Positions 27,614 to 37,415 of a stretch of 64,000 bases of DNA are shown piece after piece (position 1 is the first letter of the stretch; each line of letters opens with the position of its first letter). This DNA is from an uncultured delta proteobacterium. Lineage in GTDB: Bacteria > Desulfobacterota > Syntrophia > Syntrophales > UBA5619. The notes under the pieces are model-generated. The model ran no database searches. It was not told the origin of the DNA and worked only from the letters and a program-made list of their open reading frames with translations. The stretch is from contig CAWFOM010000005.1 of NCBI GenBank assembly GCA_963817385.1, forward strand, positions 516,690-580,689. Reading direction: 5' to 3'. The position numbers were made by a program, and so were the translations under genes.

Positions 27614-30154
27614 TCATGGCCCGCGCCGGAAGGCTTCCGGTCGGAGCAGTCCCGCACTCCCGGCTGAAAGGGCCATGCCGTATGCCAGAGCCGCCAGGAT
27701 CATAACGCCGGTGAAACCGAGCTCCACGGCAATGACCGTGGCCAGGACAGAGCCGACGACGGAGAGGCAGCCGTTGATCCCCCAGGCCCAGGGGATCTCC
27801 TGCTCGCCCGTCCCCGTCAGGAGGCGGATGCCCAAGGGAAAGGGCATCCCCATGACCAGAGCTGCCGGGGCGATGATAAGAAGGGAAAGAGCGATCTTGG
27901 CGGCCGGCGGGAGGGCGATCGTTGCCTGCAGGAGCGGCGTCAGGAACAGGGCATAGACGAGGACGAGCAGCATGATCAAGGAATACAACGTCAGTGCGTG
28001 CGCCCTTTTTCCGATCAGGCGTGCCGAGATGAGGCTGCCGATGCCCGAGCAGACCAGCATGCCGCTGATCACCACGGCCGCCGCATGGAGGGGGGTCCCG
28101 AAGTAAAGGAGGAAACGCTGGATCAGGACGATCTCCACGAACATGTAGCCGATGCCGAGCCCGCTGAAATAGAGAAGGGTGCTCATCCGGCATCCTCCCT
28201 GGCGGCGGAGGAAACGGAGGGGCAACAGGATCAGGACCGCGGAGGCGATTCCGACCTGCAGCAGGGTCAGAAGGACGAGCAGGTAACCCGCTTCCAGAAA
28301 GGGGAAGGTGCGGGCGCCGTAAAGCCTTACCAGCTCCGGGATGCTCCGCCAGCGGAGGAACTGGGAAAAGTAGGGGCGGTCGTCCGTGGCGGGGCGGATG
28401 TCAAAGGTGTAATCGGCAGTGAATCGCGTCCGCGACGAAGAAAGGATCGCGTCAAGATAGAGGAAAAAGCGCTCATCCTGCAGGCCGTTGAACCGCATCC
28501 GTTCCTCCGCCCGCAAATCGGGAAGGAGGGCGGGATCGAAAAGGAGCCCCCTGCAAAAGCGGCGGATATTCTCCCCATCGGCGGCATCCACGCGGCCCTT
28601 CTTCGCCAGGATCGTGATCGTGCCCCAGCCCCTGACGGCGGCCAGGTGATCGCGGATATCCCCGATCCCCTCCGACTCAAGAACCTCAGCCAACGTGGCC
28701 AGGATCTTCAGGGGGTGGCGCACGGGATAATCCATCCAGCAGGTGACGCTGATCGCCCCGCCGGGTGTCAGCTTCCGCCACATCTGCCGGAAGGCCTCCC
28801 GGGTCAAGAGATACTGCTCGGTGATGGCCTGCAGACCGGACGTTCCGCCAAAGGCGTCCACGGTAGGGAGAAGGATCAGATCGTACGTTGAGGTGTCCAG
28901 GGCGAGAAAGGTCCGTGCGGAGAGATTGCGGACCGAGACGGCCGGGTGGCGGAGGATATCGCCCGTTTCCCCGGCCAGCTCTCCCTTAAGGAGAGAGAGG
29001 ATCACGGGATGGGGTTCCACCGCCGTGATCCGTCCGGCACCATGGCTAAGGGCCTGGGGTATGAGGCTGCCGGTGCCCGCATCGAGGAGAAGGACGCTCT
29101 TGCGGGCTCCCAGGGCGTAGGGGAGAGCGCCGGTCGTATGGTCCATGAACGACTCCCGTCCCTGCTCCTGCCGGGGTACGACCGCCCCGAACCAGTCCCC
29201 GTTGTTGAAGACTGCCGTCTGCGCCGGGATCTTCTCCTGCCAGGCGAGGCTGAGCCCCGGGGCATAGCGTAAGGCCGGAGACGTGAAGACCTGCATGAGG
29301 CCGTAGGGGCTGCTCCTCTCGTAGGTTATCCGGGCGTCGGGGAGGCGAAGCGCCCTGCTCAGCCCCTTGAATTCGGAGAGGACCGGGGCCGAGGGGTGGA
29401 TCAGGGAGATGACGGCGGTCAGGCTGGAAAGAAACGCGGCGGCGATCAGCAGTCTCTGCCGCCACCTGCCGGGATGCCTTCCCGGCGCCGCAGAGCGCCG
29501 CCCGGCCGCGGGTTCTTCCGGCCGCGGCGGGAAAGCTGATGCGTCCTTCCCGGTTTGCAGGGGGATGGGTTCGTGCAGGCCTTCGGGAAGGACAAGCAGG
29601 CCCGCGGCAACGGCCATCAGGGCGGCAAGGCCGGGTAACATGGATGGGGAGAAGAGCCACATCAGGCCGGTCATGGCCGCGCCCCCCGCACCGGAGCCGG
29701 CCAGGTTCCAGAAGTAGAGTCTACCGATGTCGCCGGCGGCATGCACGAAGATCATGCCGATAGCCAGCGCTGCCAGGAAGATGGGGAGGAAGTAGAGGCC
29801 ATAGGTGATAAGGAGCCTGAGAATCTGGGGGATGCCGGTGAAGAGGAGCAGGGAGTCGAAACGTGTCCACGAACCCTGGGCGATCCCCGGCATCAGGGCC
29901 ATGGCCGTTCCGGAGAGGCACAGGGCGAGGGGGAGAAGGGGGGCGAAGCGCCTCATCAGCCAGGGCCGCAGGAGGGAGAGGCAGGTGCCGGCGGCACCGA
30001 AACCGAGGAGGGCGACGGCGATGATCATGGAGGCGAAATGATGCCACTGAACCAGGGAGAGGATCTGCATGAGCGCCAGCTGATAGGCGATCACGGCCCC
30101 CGAGACCGTCGCCAGGGCGAGATGAAGCCGGCCTCCGGGAAGTTCGACGGCCAT
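27614..30154 (-). CDS. Multi-TM protein with a central spermidine-synthase-like SAM-binding domain
   Basis: WHHFASMIIAVALLGFGAAG, LYFWNLAGSG, LLDAGTG, VEPHP, PATDDRPYF, MGMPFPLG, WAWGINGCLSV. Confidence 0.85.
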   Translation of the reverse strand: MAVELPGGRLHLALATVSGAVIAYQLALMQILSLVQWHHFASMIIAVALLGFGAAGTCLSLLRPWLMRRFAPLLPLALCLSGTAMALMPGIAQGSWTRFDSLLLFTGIPQILRLLITYGLYFLPIFLAALAIGMIFVHAAGDIGRLYFWNLAGSGAGGAAMTGLMWLFSPSMLPGLAALMAVAAGLLVLPEGLHEPIPLQTGKDASAFPPRPEEPAAGRRSAAPGRHPGRWRQRLLIAAAFLSSLTAVISLIHPSAPVLSEFKGLSRALRLPDARITYERSSPYGLMQVFTSPALRYAPGLSLAWQEKIPAQTAVFNNGDWFGAVVPRQEQGRESFMDHTTGALPYALGARKSVLLLDAGTGSLIPQALSHGAGRITAVEPHPVILSLLKGELAGETGDILRHPAVSVRNLSARTFLALDTSTYDLILLPTVDAFGGTSGLQAITEQYLLTREAFRQMWRKLTPGGAISVTCWMDYPVRHPLKILATLAEVLESEGIGDIRDHLAAVRGWGTITILAKKGRVDAADGENIRRFCRGLLFDPALLPDLRAEERMRFNGLQDERFFLYLDAILSSSRTRFTADYTFDIRPATDDRPYFSQFLRWRSIPELVRLYGARTFPFLEAGYLLVLLTLLQVGIASAVLILLPLRFLRRQGGCRMSTLLYFSGLGIGYMFVEIVLIQRFLLYFGTPLHAAAVVISGMLVCSGIGSLISARLIGKRAHALTLYSLIMLLVLVYALFLTPLLQATIALPPAAKIALSLLIIAPAALVMGMPFPLGIRLLTGTGEQEIPWAWGINGCLSVVGSVLATVIAVELGFTGVMILAALAYGMALSAGSAGLLRPEAFRRGP

Positions 30155-30855
30155 CAGGGGCCTCTCCTGAACGGGACGAAGAGGACCGGCATGAGCTGGC
30201 TGGTCCTGATCTCTCCTCCTCTTTTTTCCACGAGCATCAGCGTCTGGTTGAAGAAGGGCGCTCCGACGGGGATGACCATTCGGCCTCCCTCCTTGAGCTG
30301 TTTGAGGAGCGGCGGGGGGATGTACTCGGCCGCGGCGGTGACAACGATGGCATCGAAGGGCGCTTGTTCCGGCCAGCCGTCGTAACCGTCGGCGATCCGC
30401 ACCTCCGTGTTCCGATAGCCCAGAGTGCGCAGGCGCTCCCGGGCTGCGCCTCCCAGCTCCGGAATGATCTCCATCGTGTAGACATTTCGGACGATTTCGG
30501 CCAAAACCGCCGCCTGGTAGCCCGAGCCGGTGCCGATCTCCAGGACACGGTGCTCCTTTTGGGGACGGATGGTCTGGGTCATGGTAGCAACGATGAAAGG
30601 CTGGGAGATGGTCTGGCCGTAACCGATTGGGAGAGGTCGGTCGTCGTACGCGTCACCGAGAGAGCCCGCCGGGACGAAGAGGTGGCGCTTCACGGCCCCC
30701 ATGGCCCGCAATGTGGCTGGGTCCTTCACGCCGCGCGCCGCGATCTGGGACCTGACCATGGCTTCACGCAGGCTCGCGTACCGTGTATCCTCGGGAACGG
30801 GAGCGGCGGCGATGAGAAACAGGGTGAAGCCGAGAACAGGATAGAGAGTCTTCAT
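30154..30855 (-). CDS. pcm: Protein-L-isoaspartate O-methyltransferase with an N-terminal signal-like peptide
   Basis: PLPIGYGQTISQP, VLEIGTGSGYQAA, APFDAIVVTAA, QLKEGGRMVIPVG; GGGAGG RBS before MKTLYPVLGFTLFLIAAA. Confidence 0.93.
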   Translation of the reverse strand: MKTLYPVLGFTLFLIAAAPVPEDTRYASLREAMVRSQIAARGVKDPATLRAMGAVKRHLFVPAGSLGDAYDDRPLPIGYGQTISQPFIVATMTQTIRPQKEHRVLEIGTGSGYQAAVLAEIVRNVYTMEIIPELGGAARERLRTLGYRNTEVRIADGYDGWPEQAPFDAIVVTAAAEYIPPPLLKQLKEGGRMVIPVGAPFFNQTLMLVEKRGGEIRTSQLMPVLFVPFRRGP

Positions 30856-30986
30856 GGTAACCTCCCTTTCCCGGCCGGTAAGGCCGGACATCGGGTCCAG
30901 ACCGGCGTGCAAACATGTTCCTCTGGCCGGCTCTAAACCGATGGTCGTTCATGATCTCCGTACTATTCTACCCTGTTTTGTCGCTC

Positions 30987-31397
30987 TTAGGACCTGTTGC
31001 GTCTCCAGGAGCGATCCAGGCTCCACGCCCCCCCTCCGGCAACTGCCAGGTAGAGGAACACGAAGCACCAGAGTATGGCCAGATCGCCCTTATTCTGAAG
31101 AGGCCAGAATCCTTTCGGCGCGTGAACCATGAAATAGGCCACCGCCATTTGTCCCGAAAGGATAAACGACGCGGGACGGGTGAACAGGCCCAGCACAACA
31201 AGCAGGCCGCCGAAGAACTCCAGCACCCCGGCCGCGCCCATCAGCGAGAGGAGCGGAGGCGTCGCCGCTCCCGGCGGGGCGAGGAACCCGAAGAGCTTCT
31301 GAGCGCCGTGCTGCATGAAAAGAACCGCCACCACGATCCGCATGACGCTGAGGATCCGCGGCGACCACCGGGACAAAAATGAATTGCGATCCGCCAT
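30987..31397 (-). CDS. DoxX family membrane protein
   Basis: LFMQHGAQKLFG, LGLFTRPA, MAVAYFMVH, GGGAWSLD; AAGGAGG RBS. Confidence 0.92.
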   Translation of the reverse strand: MADRNSFLSRWSPRILSVMRIVVAVLFMQHGAQKLFGFLAPPGAATPPLLSLMGAAGVLEFFGGLLVVLGLFTRPASFILSGQMAVAYFMVHAPKGFWPLQNKGDLAILWCFVFLYLAVAGGGAWSLDRSWRRNRS

Positions 31398-31505
31398 GTA
31401 AGTCCTCCTTTGACTGCAACTGCCAGTCGGGTGTGTTCGATAATGCTTTTTATGGAGAGCGGGCTTTTTCGCTGACTGGTAAGAAGATGCTTTTCGTGTA
31501 AGGTG

Positions 31506-31593
31506 ATGATATAAAAAACAGTCTTGCACGTCAAGGAGATTTTAGCGCATGTGCCAGATTCCTCTTGACACACAATATCCTTCTTCATATACT
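31506..31593. promoter_or_regulatory. Divergent sigma70-like promoters
   Basis: Minus strand TTGACG-17 nt-TATCAT (31506-31534); plus strand TTGACA-17 nt-TATACT (31565-31593). Confidence 0.55.
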
Positions 31594-32001
31594 TCCGCCG
31601 TGAAAAAGCACCGCTTTATCAGTATCAATGATCTGAGAAGGGGATGATCACGTATTATGAGAACCGGCCGAGCGGCGCAGGGGTATTCGACGTGATCCAG
31701 CCGCGCAGGCCCTTTTCCTACCATGCCGTCCAGATCGCTACCATGCCATAGACGAGTTTTTATAAATCTTCAGGATGGGGACCAGTATGTTGTTCTTGTA
31801 TATTACCGTAGCATTTTTTAAATAATCGCTTCCTCTACCGGCCGAGCCTCGGTCTTCGATACCGCCCTCATCGGAATGAAAATGAACGGAGGAATCCTCT
31901 CTGGCGAAGGGATTGTCGTCGCCTGAGCGAAAGTCTTTGCAGTCAGATATGCCTTTCCGGCAGGTTGAGTCTCAACTGATGGTATCCAAGAGAGCATAGG
32001 A

Positions 32002-34989
32002 ATGAAAGACGAAATGAGGACAAAGGAAGATCTTGCGGAGGAGCTATCGGTCCTGCGCGGTGAGGTGGCCAGGCTGAAAAGACTGGACAGTGAGCGGAAA
32101 AAGACGGAGGGGCTCCTCCAGGAATCCGCGGAGCAATACCGGCTGCTGTTCGAGAACACCTCGGACGTGGTCTATTCCATCGACGAGGATTTCAGGATTC
32201 TCACCATTTCACCGTCGGTGGAAAGGGTTCTGGGATACCGGTGCGAGGAGATTATTGGAAAGTATGCGTATGATATGAAGTTTCTTCCTCCGGAATCCCT
32301 TGAAAAAGGTCTCTCGGATATCTTGCGAATCCTGAAGGGGGAGACTGTTGCCGCAAACAATTATGAGTTCATCGCCAAGGACGGTACCCGCAGGATAGGC
32401 GAAATCAGCGGAGCACCCCTGATTCGGGAAGGAAAGATCACGGGAGTTATCTGCGTGGCAAGGGACCGCACCGAACTCAAACGGCCGGAGGAAGCCGCTC
32501 AGAAGGCCATGTCACTTTTGTCTGCAACGATAGAGTCAACGGCCGATGGAATTCTTGTCATTGATACCAAAGGGGGAATTTCTACATTTAATAAAAAATT
32601 CCTGTCCATGTGGCGCATTCCGGAATCGCTTACCGCACAGCGAGCTGATAACGTGTTGCTCGATTATGTCCTGAGTCAGCTCAAAGACCCGGAAGCTTTC
32701 ATTGAAAAGGTAAAACAACTTTACTCTCAACCGGAAGCGAATAGTTTTGATGTTCTGGAATTCAAGGACGGCCGTGTTTTTGAGCGATTTTCTCAACCGC
32801 AGAGATTGGGAAATGAGATTACCGGCAGGGTGTGGAGCTTTCGGGAAATCACGGATCGAAGGCGGATGGAAGAAGAACAACGCCTCAGCCGGGAGACCGC
32901 CGAGCGGTTTGCCGAAGAGACGGCCGTCATCGCCGAAATCGGGCGGCTGATCGGCTCCACGCTGGATATCGAAGAGGTGTACGAACGGTTCGCGGCCGAG
33001 GCAAGAAAACTGATCCCCTTTGACAGGATTGCCGTGAATCGATGCAACACCCGTGAGAACACCCTCACTGTTGCGTATGTTTCCGGGATGGACATATCCA
33101 ATCGAAAAAAGGGGGATTATCCCCCCCTGGCAGGGACATTGACTGAGGAGGTCATGCGCGTGCGGACCGGCCTGATCATCCAGCCTGAAAGTATTGACGA
33201 GATCGTCAGCAGGATACCCGCGCTCTCCCCCACCTTTCAGGCGGGGCTGCGCTCGCTCCTGAGTGTTCCCCTGATCTCCCGGGACGAGGTGATCGGCGCG
33301 CTGCACTTTCGGTCGAAGAAGATGAATGCTTACACCGAGCGGGATCTCCGTCTGGCGGAGAGGATCGGGGCGCAGATTGCAGGAGCGATAGTCAATGCGC
33401 AGTTGTTTAACGATCTCAATAAGACGGAAAAGTCGCTGCGGGAGAGCGAGGGGCGGTTCCGCGCCCTGGTCGATAATGCGGCGGTGGGAGTGGCCGAAAT
33501 CGAAAACAGCACGAGCCGTTTCATCACGGTAAACCGTCGCCTTTGCGAAATGGTCGGCATGACGGAGGAGGAGTTGCTCGCCACTACCTTCCATGCGATC
33601 ACGCATCCGGAGGATATCCCACTGAGTGAGGAGAAGAGGGCGCTGCTGTTCGCCGGGAAGATCGGGCACTACAGCCGGGAGAAGCGCTACCTCCGGAAGG
33701 ATGGGGGGATCGTCTGGGTGAACATTACGATATCGCCTCTCTGGAGGCCGGGGGAAACCCCCGAGCGTAATATGAGCGTGATTGAGGACATCACCGAACG
33801 CAAGCGGATGGAGGAGGAAAAGCGAAGCCTGGAGGAACGTCTGCAACGTGCGGAGAAGATGGAGACCGTCGGGCAACTGGCCGGTGGCGTAGCGCATGAT
33901 CTGAATAACGTCTTGGGGATACTCAGCGGATACTCGGAACTATTGCTGGAGGAAATTCCTGAGGGGCATCGGTCCAGAAGTTACGTGGAAAAGATCCTGC
34001 AGTCTACGGAGAAAGGAGCCGCAATCATCCAGGATCTTCTCACCATGGCCGGGCGCGGGGTGATGGCATCGGATGTGATCAATCTCAGCAGTGTTGTTTC
34101 CGGCTTTCTCAAGACACCGATCTTCGACAAGCTGCAGGCCTATCATCCCTATGTGACCTTCAGGACGGAGTGCGACAAGAACCTTCTGCAAATCAAAGGT
34201 TCGCCTGTCCATCTGGAAAAGACGTTGATGAACCTGGTGTCCAACGCGGCTGAATCTATTTCCGGAAAGGGAGAGGTGACGATACGGACGGAGAACCGTT
34301 ATCTTGACGAAGCCGTCAGGGGCTATGAAGAGGTCAAGGAGGGGGATTACGCCGTACTGACCGTATCCGATACGGGAATGGGTATCCCTCATGAGAATAA
34401 AGAGAAGATATTTGAACCATTTTATACGAAGAAGACGATAGGCAGGAGCGGGACCGGGATGGGATTGTCGATTGTCTGGGGAACGGTAAAAGATCACCAC
34501 GGGTATATTGATGTACAGACGGAAGTTGGAAAGGGCACCACCCTTACGCTGTACTTTCCCGTGACCCGGGAGGAGCTGATCGCACAACAGCTAAAGGCGC
34601 CGATAGAACGATACTTGGGGAAGGGTGAATCCGTTTTGGTGGTGGATGACATTGCCGAGCAGAGGGATGTTGCCGCCAGGTTGCTTACAAGACTGGGGTA
34701 CGAGATTCATTTGGCTTCCAGTGGGGAGGAGGCTGTGGAATATCTCAAGGGGAATAAGCCGGATATTCTTGTTTTGGACATGATCATGACGCCGGGGATC
34801 GATGGTTTGGAGACCTACCAAAATGTTCTGGCAATCAACCCGAAGCAGAAAGCGATTATCGTCAGCGGTTTTTCGGCAACCGATCGGGTCAGGGAGGCTC
34901 AGAAGCTGGGGGCCGGAGCCTATGTCAAGAAACCATACATCATGGAAAGGATAGGGATGGCAGTTAGGCAAGAACTGGACCGAAACTAG
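32002..34989 (+). CDS. Hybrid sensor histidine kinase (PAS-PAS-GAF-PAS-HisKA-HATPase-REC)
   Basis: GQLAGGVAHDLNN, NLVSNA, DTGMG, FEPFYTKK, GTGMGL, LVVDD, LDMIM, KKP. Confidence 0.95.
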   Translation: MKDEMRTKEDLAEELSVLRGEVARLKRLDSERKKTEGLLQESAEQYRLLFENTSDVVYSIDEDFRILTISPSVERVLGYRCEEIIGKYAYDMKFLPPESLEKGLSDILRILKGETVAANNYEFIAKDGTRRIGEISGAPLIREGKITGVICVARDRTELKRPEEAAQKAMSLLSATIESTADGILVIDTKGGISTFNKKFLSMWRIPESLTAQRADNVLLDYVLSQLKDPEAFIEKVKQLYSQPEANSFDVLEFKDGRVFERFSQPQRLGNEITGRVWSFREITDRRRMEEEQRLSRETAERFAEETAVIAEIGRLIGSTLDIEEVYERFAAEARKLIPFDRIAVNRCNTRENTLTVAYVSGMDISNRKKGDYPPLAGTLTEEVMRVRTGLIIQPESIDEIVSRIPALSPTFQAGLRSLLSVPLISRDEVIGALHFRSKKMNAYTERDLRLAERIGAQIAGAIVNAQLFNDLNKTEKSLRESEGRFRALVDNAAVGVAEIENSTSRFITVNRRLCEMVGMTEEELLATTFHAITHPEDIPLSEEKRALLFAGKIGHYSREKRYLRKDGGIVWVNITISPLWRPGETPERNMSVIEDITERKRMEEEKRSLEERLQRAEKMETVGQLAGGVAHDLNNVLGILSGYSELLLEEIPEGHRSRSYVEKILQSTEKGAAIIQDLLTMAGRGVMASDVINLSSVVSGFLKTPIFDKLQAYHPYVTFRTECDKNLLQIKGSPVHLEKTLMNLVSNAAESISGKGEVTIRTENRYLDEAVRGYEEVKEGDYAVLTVSDTGMGIPHENKEKIFEPFYTKKTIGRSGTGMGLSIVWGTVKDHHGYIDVQTEVGKGTTLTLYFPVTREELIAQQLKAPIERYLGKGESVLVVDDIAEQRDVAARLLTRLGYEIHLASSGEEAVEYLKGNKPDILVLDMIMTPGIDGLETYQNVLAINPKQKAIIVSGFSATDRVREAQKLGAGAYVKKPYIMERIGMAVRQELDRN

Positions 34990-35115
34990 TACCGCCACCC
35001 CGTTTCTTACGTGTTCGTCGTCAATGCGTGCCGGCTGTCCAGGTGCGCAAGGTATCGGCTCACGGACTTCGCCGATCATTTGCTTGCAAGATTCCTTCAT
35101 GCACATCCTCCCTAC
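34990..35115 (-). mobile_element. IS630-family transposase fragment
   Basis: Translation CMKESCKQMIGEVREPIPCAPGQPARIDDEHVRNGVA resembles the IS630 DDE-domain start (CMDE..KQL......P...G...R.D.EY.R.G). Confidence 0.75.
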
Positions 35116-35220
35116 TACAAATCGCAATCATTGATATTGTTTTCAAAAAATGAGATGGTCATACATGGTTCTGCAAGGAGCCGGGGCCAACGGATTTATA
35201 TTGAACTATTAGGGAATTTT

Positions 35221-36195
35221 ATGAATCACCGGTTCGTTATTATTTTTTCGGCCTTCCTGATCTGTTTGGTATTAGCAGTAGTTGTGAATGTCATTTACGG
35301 AATCGATGTCGTTTATACCCACCTATTCTATATTCCTATCATCCTCACGGGAATCTGGTATCCGCGATACGCCGGCTTATTTGCTGCAGCGATGGGGCTG
35401 ATCCATATAACCTGTGACTATATGACCGTAGACGCATTAAAGTTCGGCTCTCTCCTCAGAGCCGGTATGTTCATGGTCGTGGCCTATGTGACCGGTTACC
35501 TTAGCCTGAGGCGGGATCGTCTACTCAATTCGCTGCGGGAGAGCGATGAGGCGCTGAAGCAGTCGCACGATGAACTGGAACAGCGTGTAGCGGATCGGAC
35601 AGAGGATCTGAGGGGGGTTAATGAGGAGCTACGGAAGGAGATCATCGATCGCAAGCGGATGGAAAAGGCATTGAAGGAAAGCGAAAGTAGATACCGTGAT
35701 CTCAGTATTATCGATGACCTTACCCAGCTTTACAATTCCCGGCATTTTTATACTCAGCTCAAAATGGAAATCGATCGGGCGGATCGCTATGGACAGCCCT
35801 TGACGCTTCTGCTTCTCGATATTGACGATTTCAAACGGTTCAACGATACTTACGGCCATGTCGAAGGAGATCAGGTTTTATTGCGACTCGGCTATGTGGT
35901 CAAACGATGCCTGCGCCTGGCGGATCTCGCCTATCGTTACGGAGGTGAAGAGTTTACCATCCTCCTGCCCATGACAACGGTCAATGACGGAGCTGTTACC
36001 GCGGAAAGAATCCGTACGGAGTTCAAAAAGGAGCGTTTCTCCCCGATACCGGGTCAGGACATCCATGTGATGGTGAGTCTCGGTCTTGCGCAACACAAGC
36101 CACAGGAGGACATGAAGGCCTTCGTTCACCGGGTTGATCAGCTCATGTATCAGGCGAAAAAAGAGGGGAAAGACAGGGTTTGTTCTGAGTTGTAA
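35221..36195 (+). CDS. Membrane-bound diguanylate cyclase
   Basis: N-terminal TM segments (YTHLFYIPI); DDLTQLYN, DIDDFKRFNDTYGH..GD, RYGGEEF; RxxD I-site (RLAD). Confidence 0.93.
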   Translation: MNHRFVIIFSAFLICLVLAVVVNVIYGIDVVYTHLFYIPIILTGIWYPRYAGLFAAAMGLIHITCDYMTVDALKFGSLLRAGMFMVVAYVTGYLSLRRDRLLNSLRESDEALKQSHDELEQRVADRTEDLRGVNEELRKEIIDRKRMEKALKESESRYRDLSIIDDLTQLYNSRHFYTQLKMEIDRADRYGQPLTLLLLDIDDFKRFNDTYGHVEGDQVLLRLGYVVKRCLRLADLAYRYGGEEFTILLPMTTVNDGAVTAERIRTEFKKERFSPIPGQDIHVMVSLGLAQHKPQEDMKAFVHRVDQLMYQAKKEGKDRVCSEL

Positions 36196-36263
36196 TTTCA
36201 AGCACAGTTGAAAAGGTAATCCTCGCTTCAATTCTAAATGGTGGCGAGGTTCTCCTCCACCGA

Positions 36264-36385
36264 TCACGCCGAGGCGACCAGTTCCTCTGCCAAGAGGCCT
36301 TTGAAGAGGTCGATTTTATATTCGTTATGATCCAACGGCCGCGCCGCCTTCATCGCGGCGGCTGCCGCCCCAGGACGGCGAAGGT
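36264..36385 (-). pseudogene. C-terminal remnant of a xanthine/CO-dehydrogenase FAD-binding subunit
   Basis: GAAAAAMKAARPLDHNEYKIDLFKGLLAEEL resembles the 'A.PL..N.YK' tail of XdhB/YagS-like subunits; the upstream part is absent. Confidence 0.6.
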
Positions 36386-36417
36386 TACACACGGAGATTA
36401 TCCCGCTCTTTGCCGCA

Positions 36418-37317
36418 CTATATATCGGTCTCGATGCCGGCAGCGGCGAAGATGCGCCTGACCTCGATGATCGTGGGAGGACCGACCAGGACACCGTCGA
36501 GGGTAACCTCGCCGTAACCTTTCTTTCGCCCCTCTTTTATTGCCGCCTCCACACGCTTGGCCCATTCGAGCTTCTCGGGTTTCGGACCGAAGATCCTGTT
36601 GATCGTTTCGACGTGGGAGGGGTGGATGCACGACCTGCTGACAAATCCCATCGATTGGTGCCACTCGCTGTCCTTCGTGAGACCTTCGATGTCCTTCACC
36701 ACGAAGTATACGCCGGCCACGGGTCTTACGCCGGTCGCATGGCAGACGTGGAGGACGTGCGACCGAGCGTAGAAACTCTCCATACCGTCCGGCCTCCTCT
36801 CGGCCTGCATCTGGGCGAAGTAATCGAGCCCTCCGGCGCTCATCATGGCAACGCGGGGGCTGGCATTGGCGATGTCGAGCGCATTCAAAACCCCGAGCGG
36901 ACTCTCCAGGGCGGCGCCGATCTTGACGGTCCCCTGCGGAATGCCGCGGAGCGCCTCCAGGTAACCGAGGACCGCATCGAGCCTCTGCACCTGCTCCGCC
37001 GTTTCCACCTTGGGGACGCGTATCTCGTAGAGCTGCTTGCAGACGATGGCCTCCAGGTCTTCCTGCCACAGGGGTGTCTCCAGGCTATTCATGCGGACCG
37101 TGGCCTTGGCCCTCCCCCAGTCGAGGCTCTCCATCGCTTTCCGGGCGCCCTTCCGGCCGTTTGCCTTCTCCGCGGGCGGACAGGCATCCTCGAGGTCCAT
37201 GATGAGCGCGTCGACGCCCGTGGCGAGCGCTTTGGGAATCAGGTTCTCCCGGTGTGCGGGGACGAATAGATAGGAACGCAATGGTGCCAGATAACCCCTC
37301 TCCGTAATCGATATCAT
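36418..37317 (-). CDS. CitE/HpcH-family CoA-ester lyase (citrate lyase beta-like)
   Basis: LRSYLFVP, MDLEDA, VRMN, PKVE, LESPLG, IHPSH. Confidence 0.9.
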   Translation of the reverse strand: MISITERGYLAPLRSYLFVPAHRENLIPKALATGVDALIMDLEDACPPAEKANGRKGARKAMESLDWGRAKATVRMNSLETPLWQEDLEAIVCKQLYEIRVPKVETAEQVQRLDAVLGYLEALRGIPQGTVKIGAALESPLGVLNALDIANASPRVAMMSAGGLDYFAQMQAERRPDGMESFYARSHVLHVCHATGVRPVAGVYFVVKDIEGLTKDSEWHQSMGFVSRSCIHPSHVETINRIFGPKPEKLEWAKRVEAAIKEGRKKGYGEVTLDGVLVGPPTIIEVRRIFAAAGIETDI

Positions 37318-37390
37318 TTCTTTTCTCCTCTCCCTGTATTTAGTCGGCAGTGCCGGAGCATCTTACACCCATCATGACTGAACTGGCAAT

Positions 37391-37415
37391 AATTGATCAC
37401 CAATTGATCACCAAT
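37391..37415. promoter_or_regulatory. Tandem 11-bp direct repeat, candidate TF operator
   Basis: AATTGATCACC-AATTGATCACC-AAT, about 75 nt upstream of the citE-like start. Confidence 0.4.

Noticed and set aside
35011..35220. N-terminal extension of the diguanylate cyclase
   Set aside because: Overlaps the antisense IS630 shard; ATG at 35221 directly precedes the TM region
36238..36265. TGGTGGCG as a tRNA 3' end or att site
   Set aside because: No cloverleaf or T-loop; only a short hairpin between convergent genes
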